Shown here: piece by piece, positions 7,856 through 14,949 of the stretch
Layout of the letters: each line of letters opens with the position of its first letter
How positions within the stretch are numbered: position 1 is the stretch's first letter
Assembly: GCA_038134595.1 (NCBI GenBank)
Contig: JAYPVM010000008.1
Location: 1,461-65,460, forward strand
Direction of reading: 5' to 3'
Source: Pseudomonadota bacterium
GTDB taxonomy: Bacteria > Bdellovibrionota_C > UBA2361 > OMII01
Length of the DNA stretch: 64,000 nt
Notes under the pieces: model-generated
What the model was told of the DNA's origin: nothing
What the model saw: only the letters and a program-made list of their open reading frames with translations
Databases searched by the model: none
Position numbers and translations under genes: made by a program

Positions 7856-8215
7856 TTATGCCGCCTGCGCCTGCCTTCTTAGCCACTTTTTGGGATTGCG
7901 AGCAGCTTCTCGGAACTCCGTTGGTGACATGCCAAGGGTTTCAGCAGTGGTTTTTTGCACCCCCCGAGATAGCTCTCTGCTGCTTGGTATGGTGATGATA
8001 TGTTCTGAATCCGGATGTTTATATACCGTATGACCGCCCTTACCTTGGTCTGTTGCATGCCATCCCAGTAAGACTATAAGAGCCACAGCATTGAGCTTTT
8101 CAACAGCACCTCCTCCTCGTGAACAATTAAATTCTGGTGGGTTTAGCTCTGATAAGCCCCCTGACGTGTCGGTACCCGCTCCACCTGAAGATCTCGCCAC
8201 TAAACCTGAAAGCAT
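7856..8215 (-). CDS. HicA-like (YcfA/HicA mRNA-interferase fold) protein with Gly/Ser-rich N-terminal extension and basic C-terminal tail
   Basis: EKLNAVALIVLLGWHATDQGKGGHTVYKHPDSEHIITIPSSRELSRGVQKTTAETLGMSPTEF matches the HicA pattern (..G[SG]H..y.hp....vtiP....l..g.....l...G.s.eeF). The ATG at 8215 has AAGAGG 6 nt upstream. The track ORF extends to a TTG at 8236. Confidence 0.6.
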   Translation of the reverse strand: MLSGLVARSSGGAGTDTSGGLSELNPPEFNCSRGGGAVEKLNAVALIVLLGWHATDQGKGGHTVYKHPDSEHIITIPSSRELSRGVQKTTAETLGMSPTEFREAARNPKKWLRRQAQAA

Positions 8216-8619
8216 ATTGTACCTCTTATCATACAAACTGTTAATGTTTATTTAATGTGATATGCATCCGAAGACCAGATGTGTGACTTAGCGAATAATG
8301 TTTTGAAAAATAGGTTTTTGACTTATGCGGCAGAAAGCGCAAAGCCTGTATTCTTCTATATCTACCTGAATGGGGCGTAACCTTTAGCTTGTCGAGCTAA
8401 CAGAGTACAGCACATACTTCGTCAGATGTGAGTTGGAGTTGTGCGGGACTTGTTTGCTAGAGCCGCAATAGTAGCTAGCAAGGTATCCGCGACAATTATC
8501 TTTTTGGAACCAGGTTTTCTAGTTAAATCAGACCTACATGCACATTAGAATCTCCACTAGTGGAGCATGCAAAGACGCCCACATAGAGAAGAGTCTGTGA
8601 AGAAGCCGTGCTGATGGAA

Positions 8620-9651
8620 CTATTTGGGGTGCCGCTTTGGATAGATGCTATATCTTCTAAGCGCCTCACATAAGGACATTTCAGTAGGAGTTTTGTTATG
8701 CCCCATAGTGTGAAGTAGAGCATTGAGGATAGTAGATTTACCGTTTTGATCCACTCTGTAAAGAACCATAGCCTCCCTATCCTCATCGCGCACGGTCTTT
8801 GCTAACGTACCCCCTGGGGACTCGAGGTCACTTAGTTCAAAATGATTGTAGATAGCCCCCACAGCGACCCGTGCCGTTGTATCGTTAATGATTATGTCTG
8901 TGAGTAAATTTTTCCACGTTGGGAGGTGTCGTCTATCTGGAACCAGCAAACTTACTAGTCGCTCGATTTGAATTGTGGCTCCACCCTCTTGGCCGTCTGT
9001 TGTAAGATTAGGATCATAGCCTTCGGAAGTGATTGCGTCGCTGATCTTGCTTTTTAGACTGCGGACCTTGGCATCTCTCACACTCGTAGCGTTGCGGTGG
9101 GCTGTTGTAATCTCTTCAAACTCTTGCCTATGATTCGCCAAGATTGTACTTAGTTTGGCAACGGCATCTCTAAACGACATCTCTCTGATAGAAGTTTCAA
9201 TCTCTTTTTCTCTCGCTAAAAGTTTGGGGACCTGTTCTGCAGCGATGTCAAAATCCTCGACTGAAACTGTGCCGATGATATGGGCAAAAATGCCGCTTGA
9301 GTAGCCGTGTTGGATGTACGCACCGTAGGTATTATTGTGGGGAACTTTGAGCAGCTCATCCTTGAGATCGACTACTCCCAATTTAATACCTAGCAGTAGA
9401 ATACTTCATCTGCGGTCATTGTAGGATGTGGAAGGGTTAGGACATTCTATCGATGCAACCCATGAATTCACCGTCTGAGGGGAAACAAGTTGCGCGACCT
9501 GTTCCGGTTCTTGATTTGGCGAGCGTGCGGCACCCCCGCTACCGTCTTGAAAACCGCCGGGGCTCTGGTAGGGTATGTGTGCTGGAAACGTTTGAGCTAT
9601 CATATTCAATATACCTGGTTTTTTGTGCGAATAGGCCCTACAAACCTGCAA
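8620..9651 (-). pseudogene. HTH-like ORF (9406..9651) and 253-aa ORF (8620..9381) in the same frame, separated by one TGA (9406-9408). This is either an interrupted gene or two genes. The C-terminus carries a P-loop-like remnant.
   Basis: I verified the frame by hand: ..NDRR-TGA-SILLLGIK-(TTG)GVVDLK... The upstream part contains EQVAQLVSPQTVNSWV, which is XRE/Cro-like. The downstream part ends FELSDLESPGGTLAKTVRDEDREAMVLYRVDQNGKSTILNALLHTMG. That resembles the N-terminal beta-strands plus Walker A of SMC/OLD/AAA_15-type ATPases but lacks the first Gly, and the ORF ends 26 codons later. The TTG at 9381 has no convincing RBS. Confidence 0.4.
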
Positions 9652-9993
9652 CGGATATCACGGGAGTGCCTAGGATATCCTTACAGACTACGTCCTTGCC
9701 TTTTTGATTGTGAGAACCAAAAGGGTTAAATGCAAGATAATTCAGCAAAAATTAATTCGGGTAATGGTGAGTATAGGTCGGTGTGTGACTTAATGTGAGG
9801 AGATTTTTTATAGTCTTTGACAACCTCTCGGTATGACGAGGAATGTATGTGTAAGATGAGGCGGTAATTCCCCAAGAACCACGATCTAAATCTCGTTTAT
9901 CCAAATCAACGCATCGTGTCTTCCTTTGTATGTTAGGTCTTCTGTTTCTGATAGGATCAAGACAGAACCTGATTATAAGCACTAGGAGTCTCT

Positions 9994-11520
9994 ATGAATA
10001 GTCTAGCAGCAGGATTGGCAGTAAATGGCAATGGGAGTATCTCATTGGATGATCAGAGTTTATCTTCCTCTGTTTCTTCAGCGTTTCGAGAGGCGGAGCT
10101 AGTTACCTGTAATACGTTGGCACGGATGGCTGATAGCGTTGATGCTGGCTTGAGCTCGCTTCAGTCCGCTGTCAATGTAGTTGTTCCGGCGACAGCGCGG
10201 CTTTTTGGGGCGTTTTTCTTACCTGAGGCCATCAGTCGTCCATTGTCAAAGGTGGTAGGAGTTTCAACAGGCGTTGCATCTTCTCTAATTCGGGGCTCGT
10301 TTTCTGCTGCTCTACAAACGATAACCTGCGGGGCCCCTGCATGGAGCCAAATGGCTCGGCACAGCATGGCTGTATCGTCAGTTGTTGATTCATACAGGCA
10401 CGAAGGGGACAGCGCAAGTTTCTTAGCTCGCGGTATTGCGCAATGTGCGGCCTCAGAAAGTAGGCGGGAGACACTTACAAGCTACATCGAGACGTATCGT
10501 GTGATGGAGGGAGCCGAAACTACTAGTGAGGTGCATAAGGCTTGTGTCGCTAAGTTATCTGCTATCGAAGCAACGCTTGGAGTCTGTAATTCCCTTTCGC
10601 AGGTTAGGGCTGTGTTACATGACCGCAAAAGATTTGTCAGAGAGAATCCCGAGATAGTTATGGAAATTGCGGAATCTGTGGCCCAAAACATCATAAAGGG
10701 TGTAGGGAGCTTTTATCAGCAGAAGTACGGTCGTGTACTTGGTGGGTCGGAGTTAGCTATTCCGGAAACACAACGAATGATTCTGCAGGAGCGAGTCGCC
10801 GCAGAGTTAAAGAGTGTATTCGATAGCGAGTATTCGAGTGCGGATGTATCAGCCAAGCTTACCCGCATAGCTGGCCATTTAAACTCGCAGTTTGGCACAT
10901 ATCAAAGTGCTGTACGGGGTTTGCTTGGTACGTTCGGCGGGGCAGTGCTGTATACTGAAGCTGGCGCCGCCGTAGCGGCGAGTTTTGCTGACCGGGTTTT
11001 CGGAGCACTTCATAGCGCCGGAGGCTGGGCGGTGGGATTGTTGGATTCAGCGTGCCAATCTGTCTCTGGATTTATCATAGACACTGTGTCAGATGTTCAA
11101 CAACGATTTGCAAATTATGTCGGGGGTTTGATGAGGCAAGCCTACGACTCAGGGGTTGAGTCTGTAACGGGAGCCGTTGATACCGTCGTTTCTCCTCTAT
11201 ACGAGTCTGTAACGGGACCCGTTGATTCAATATTTGAGGAAATCTTTGGTGGCATCGAGTTTCGTCCTAAACCATATTTATACCGTCAAGCAAAGCAAGT
11301 TGTCACGGATCCCTTAACCGGAAGCGAAGTTTGGGAGTGTCGATTCGGATGTCACAATTCCTCGAGCACTCAGGCGTTAGGTGAGGGGTTCTCATTAAGC
11401 GACTTTGCATCTCCGAGACTGACAGACAAGGACAGATTTAAAAATCTTGGTGGGCAGATTCTGGACGAGACAGCGTTAGAGAGACTAAAGGACTTTTTAG
11501 ATAATAAGGCTCAAGAGTAA
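9994..11520 (+). CDS. Orphan 508-aa protein, Ser/Ala/Gly-rich with Gly-zipper-like hydrophobic stretches
   Basis: ATG with AGGAG 6 nt upstream. No competing ORFs of comparable length. Internal repeat ESVTGAVDTV / ESVTGPVDSI. No signal peptide and no domain I recognise. Confidence 0.75.
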   Translation: MNSLAAGLAVNGNGSISLDDQSLSSSVSSAFREAELVTCNTLARMADSVDAGLSSLQSAVNVVVPATARLFGAFFLPEAISRPLSKVVGVSTGVASSLIRGSFSAALQTITCGAPAWSQMARHSMAVSSVVDSYRHEGDSASFLARGIAQCAASESRRETLTSYIETYRVMEGAETTSEVHKACVAKLSAIEATLGVCNSLSQVRAVLHDRKRFVRENPEIVMEIAESVAQNIIKGVGSFYQQKYGRVLGGSELAIPETQRMILQERVAAELKSVFDSEYSSADVSAKLTRIAGHLNSQFGTYQSAVRGLLGTFGGAVLYTEAGAAVAASFADRVFGALHSAGGWAVGLLDSACQSVSGFIIDTVSDVQQRFANYVGGLMRQAYDSGVESVTGAVDTVVSPLYESVTGPVDSIFEEIFGGIEFRPKPYLYRQAKQVVTDPLTGSEVWECRFGCHNSSSTQALGEGFSLSDFASPRLTDKDRFKNLGGQILDETALERLKDFLDNKAQE

Positions 11521-11965
11521 ATAGTGCGTCTTGGTACAAAGCGATTGCGCATCTCATACTCGGTTAAACGAGAGTTTATGTTAAAGGGGATGCGCACGTT
11601 GGATAGGCTCAAGGGTCACATTTGACAGCTTCGCAGAAGTTTCACATGCTCTTGACCATACCTGTTTGGCTTCCACCTCAGTCGGCAAGCCCTGTGGAGA
11701 TACAGATTGCCACCGATTGCCACCGATTCCGCCAGAGTTATGTTTGAGACAGGACTTTGCCGGTAGAAGCGGCTGGGAGATTTAGAAAATCTCAGAAAGC
11801 TGGGGTGAAATACAAATCGTTGGAAGACTCCCGAAAGTCTGCGAGGCTTTCCTGATTTTATAAGAGACATGTCTGGGCTATGCTGGCGGTAATTTAAAAG
11901 GGGTTCAGCTTCCTTCGCTACCGCCCCAGAACTAATCGTTGTACTCGCAAACTCTCAGGATACTC

Positions 11966-12241
11966 ATGAATCACAATAGCGAACTTGCTAAGCTTACTCT
12001 TCGCGTTTCCGCCATAGAAGAAAGAAATAAACGAGTTGAATTAGAAAAAGCGTGGGAGGTGAGTCGTACTCGCAAGATCAGTATCGTTGTATTGACCTAT
12101 CTCGTTACGACTCTGGTGTTCTGGTCGCTCCAAAACGAGAGGTATGCCTTAAACGCTATTATTCCCACCCTCGGATTCTTTCTTTCTACGGTATCGCTTC
12201 CAAGGGTCAAGGTATGGTGGCAAAACTCGAGGGAGTTCTAG
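11966..12241 (+). CDS. Small membrane protein with an N-terminal helix and two TM segments
   Basis: MNHNSELAKLTLRVSAIEERNKRVELEKAWEVSRTRKISIVVLTYLVTTLVFW..IIPTLGFFLSTVSL. The ATG at 11966 has AGGA upstream. The track ORF starts at a TTG at 11939. Confidence 0.45.
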   Translation: MNHNSELAKLTLRVSAIEERNKRVELEKAWEVSRTRKISIVVLTYLVTTLVFWSLQNERYALNAIIPTLGFFLSTVSLPRVKVWWQNSREF

Positions 12242-12315
12242 CTGTTGCGCGGTAGTTAAGGCGCTGGGCAGGCTATCTTGCCCGCTAGACTTTCGGTGGA
12301 GACGTTTTGAAATAA

Positions 12316-13026
12316 TTACCGAGATGTCATCGGACGCTTATCTAACAGTATCCTCTGCGGACGCAGTACGACCTTAGTTGTAACGGTTCCATCTCTCATG
12401 GCGAGAACGTTTTGTACCGCTTGAGCAACACACTCAGGTGTTAGTGCCGCGTGTTCATTATCTGAAGGAGCAAAAGGCGCATCGCTATAAAACGGAGTAC
12501 GGGTGATGTCGGGTGTTATGGTTGTGACTCGTAGTCCGTGTTTACGTGTCTCTTCGAATAGTGATTCGTAGAAGTGACTGAGCCCTGCTTTTGTTGCTGC
12601 GTAGGCCGCGCCAAAAGAGCTAGCTTCTTCTGCGGAGAATGAACTTATGGCGATTATTTGTCCGCGGTTTTCTCGAAGGAGCCTGAGCAGCCCCTGCGTG
12701 AGTATGAGTGGAGCAAGTAGATTTACTTGGGTCATCTCTTGGAGGGTTTTTGGTGAGAGAGTTTCATGTGGTCCGAAGTAGCCGACACCTGCGTTGTTTA
12801 TAAGAAGAGTGGTGTCTTTGTAGGTGTCAGAGATTATCTTTGTGCAATCTGCCACCTCATCTGGGTTTGATAAATCGCAGGTAAGATGTGTGTACGATGA
12901 TGATTCAAAATCGGGCGTACTTCGACATATTCCTACAACGCTCCATCCACTGGTAAGGAGTGAGGTGGTGATAGCTTTGCCGATACCGGAGCTTGTACCT
13001 GTTACAACTGCCAAGGGACGGGACAT
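12316..13026 (-). CDS. Short-chain dehydrogenase/reductase (SDR)
   Basis: VVTGTSSGIGKA (TGxxxGIG), NNAG, YAATKAGL (YxxxK). Confidence 0.85.
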   Translation of the reverse strand: MSRPLAVVTGTSSGIGKAITTSLLTSGWSVVGICRSTPDFESSSYTHLTCDLSNPDEVADCTKIISDTYKDTTLLINNAGVGYFGPHETLSPKTLQEMTQVNLLAPLILTQGLLRLLRENRGQIIAISSFSAEEASSFGAAYAATKAGLSHFYESLFEETRKHGLRVTTITPDITRTPFYSDAPFAPSDNEHAALTPECVAQAVQNVLAMRDGTVTTKVVLRPQRILLDKRPMTSR

Positions 13027-14012
13027 ATCTTCTCCTGTGGTACGAAGTGAAGTAATTCATTGGATACATAATCGAGCATCTCTTCTGTTTGCTCCTTGGT
13101 GTATGAAGCGGCAGAATTCTCTACTTTGTATGGATAGGTGGCTAACTTTGATTGGGGGCTTCGTTCTTGAAGGGCCTTGCGGTAGCCACTTGCTATTCTA
13201 AATACGCCGAGAGATATGTCAGCGAGTTGTTCGGCGCATACGGTTTGGAAGGTTTGCTGAATGAGAGCTCGATAGTTGGCTTGCCAGTTGGGGAGTCTTA
13301 GAATCGGGTCAAAACAAAGCCGTACCTTCCACCCCTGTTGTTGGGCTATTGAGATAGCCTCTAAACGAGCTTGAAGCGAGGGAGTTTTGTGCTCGTATGT
13401 ATGAGTAATGGTCTCTGGAGAAAGTGTCCAAGCAAGAATGACATTCGGCGAGGGGGTGATGTCTTTTAGCGCTTGGATGTTTGCGCTTTTTGTTCGGATT
13501 TCAATTGTTACGTGTGGATTTTTTTCAGCGTAAGCTATCCACGTCGCGCAGTATCCAAAGAGTTGCTCTACGGCTAGTAAGTCTGTGTCGTATGAGATGC
13601 ATAGGTATGCTGGTGTATCTGAAGTCAATGTGTTTTCTGCGGCGGTAATAAAATCTTGGTCGTTGGCAAACACTACCATATTCGCTGATGGAAACATTCC
13701 TTGCAGGTAGCAGTACTCACATCCATAGAGGCAATTTAAGATAGGTGTCGTGTAATAGAATCTATCGTGCGCAAAGTTTGGTACAAATGAACTTCCCTGA
13801 TAGAGGAATGCATCACGGCGTTTCGCGATGATAAGCTTTAGAGATTGCCGCTGATGATCCCAACGTTGTCGGGGCCTGTTAAAGACCTCCTTGTAGTTAG
13901 CGATCGATACCTCCACTGCTTTTGGAAAGCGAGCGCGGATCTGCTCGGCCAAAGGGAGCGAGCGAGCGGCCTCTTCGATATACAGATGTGAAAAAACAGG
14001 TAGTGTGGTCAC
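13002..14012 (-). CDS. Spore-photoproduct-lyase-family (COG1533/SplB-like) radical SAM protein
   Basis: CLYGCEYCYLQG gives CxxxCxxC in the SPL-type context. Length is 336 aa. Its start overlaps the upstream stop (ATGA at 14009-14012). Confidence 0.75.
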   Translation of the reverse strand: MTTLPVFSHLYIEEAARSLPLAEQIRARFPKAVEVSIANYKEVFNRPRQRWDHQRQSLKLIIAKRRDAFLYQGSSFVPNFAHDRFYYTTPILNCLYGCEYCYLQGMFPSANMVVFANDQDFITAAENTLTSDTPAYLCISYDTDLLAVEQLFGYCATWIAYAEKNPHVTIEIRTKSANIQALKDITPSPNVILAWTLSPETITHTYEHKTPSLQARLEAISIAQQQGWKVRLCFDPILRLPNWQANYRALIQQTFQTVCAEQLADISLGVFRIASGYRKALQERSPQSKLATYPYKVENSAASYTKEQTEEMLDYVSNELLHFVPQEKICPVPWQL

Positions 14013-14899
14013 TCTATTGTTCCTCCATAGAGGGTTTCTAGGAGTTTTGTAAAGTGGGCGTTACGTTCGGATTTAGAGGTTATCGGTTTTGTGAGTAGGT
14101 TCTTTAGTGGAGCGAGAAAAGGTTTCTGTTGTGCTTTAAGAGCCGTAACGCACCGTGTAAGCTCATGTGTCTGAGATGTCGATAGCTGTGCGTGGGAAAC
14201 TATTGATTCTAGAGTTTTGAGATCAACGTCGTCTAAGGCTATTGGTTCAGGCAGGTGTGTCCGCATCCCCTCTACTAGATGGCCAATGGTTTCTACATGG
14301 CCTTGGATATGGGTTGAGGCGTCTTGCGGAGTTATTTTAGTGCCATCACACATATCTGAGATAACTTTAAGAATCATCACAGTGCTTGGGGCCATAAACG
14401 ATAGAGCACTTTGGATGAAGCCTGAAGCTTCCATATCGACGATTGCTCTGTTGCTCAGTTGGGTAGTCACGGGGGTGTCATGGGTCTCTAGCGGCGCTTC
14501 GGGGAGACGGTGTTTTAAGATTACATCTGGGTAAAACGACACGTTAGAGGCGAAATCCCGTATTTTATTGATGTAAACCAGTGTTCCCGGCAAAAGGTCG
14601 TTAATCGATGAGCCAGCTATTCCGACATTGGCTATGATAGGATTGGGGGTGCTACAGACCTTTGAGGCTAAGAGAGCAGATGTTGCTATGGCTGAACGGA
14701 CTTTGCCCATTCCAGAGATTGCTAGGTAGATGCCGTTGTTGTGGCTTAGCTGAAAGCGCTCTTCGGTTTGATTCCGCCGAAGGGGTTTAAGCTTCCAGTG
14801 CTCGATGAGGGGTTTTGCCTCAGAGGGAAGGCTAACAATGACTAAGCAATCTCGTTTCATAGCGTGGTTGAGGGTAGCACGGTCTGTAAAGGGAATCAT
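14009..14899 (-). CDS. MTA/SAH-nucleosidase-like (PNP_UDP_1 phosphorylase superfamily) protein with ~85-aa helical C-terminal extension
   Basis: ISGMGKVRSAIATSALL, ANVGIAGS, VDMEASGF, VISDM match the Pfs/MtnN-like pattern. The ATG at 14899 is preferred over the track start at 14941, which would leave only 8 nt before divergent glgP. Confidence 0.6.
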   Translation of the reverse strand: MIPFTDRATLNHAMKRDCLVIVSLPSEAKPLIEHWKLKPLRRNQTEERFQLSHNNGIYLAISGMGKVRSAIATSALLASKVCSTPNPIIANVGIAGSSINDLLPGTLVYINKIRDFASNVSFYPDVILKHRLPEAPLETHDTPVTTQLSNRAIVDMEASGFIQSALSFMAPSTVMILKVISDMCDGTKITPQDASTHIQGHVETIGHLVEGMRTHLPEPIALDDVDLKTLESIVSHAQLSTSQTHELTRCVTALKAQQKPFLAPLKNLLTKPITSKSERNAHFTKLLETLYGGTIE

Positions 14900-14949
14900 C
14901 GTTTTGGTGTGGTTTTGATGCCGTAAGACTTTATTACACAAGGATTATT

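Noticed and set aside
231-9408. Possible stop-codon reassignment or readthrough, suggested by in-frame TAA (231, 507) and TGA (9406) within coherent frames
   Set aside because: All core genes in the window translate to full length under the standard code and end with TAA, TAG or TGA. For example, kdsB ends at a TGA that overlaps the next gene's start. Local pseudogenisation is the simpler explanation. Readthrough of the single TGA cannot be excluded without data.
8280-9792. 11-nt direct repeat TGTGTGACTTA at 8280-8290 and 9782-9792, flanking the HTH/253-aa locus; possible target-site duplication
   Set aside because: My rough estimate is that a match of this length between two intergenic stretches of several hundred bp arises by chance at the few-percent level. 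I saw no terminal inverted repeats and no transposase.
11705-11729. Tandem GATTGCCACC x2.5
   Set aside because: It is too short and isolated to count as a CRISPR array or a meaningful satellite. It is probably slippage in a non-coding spacer.
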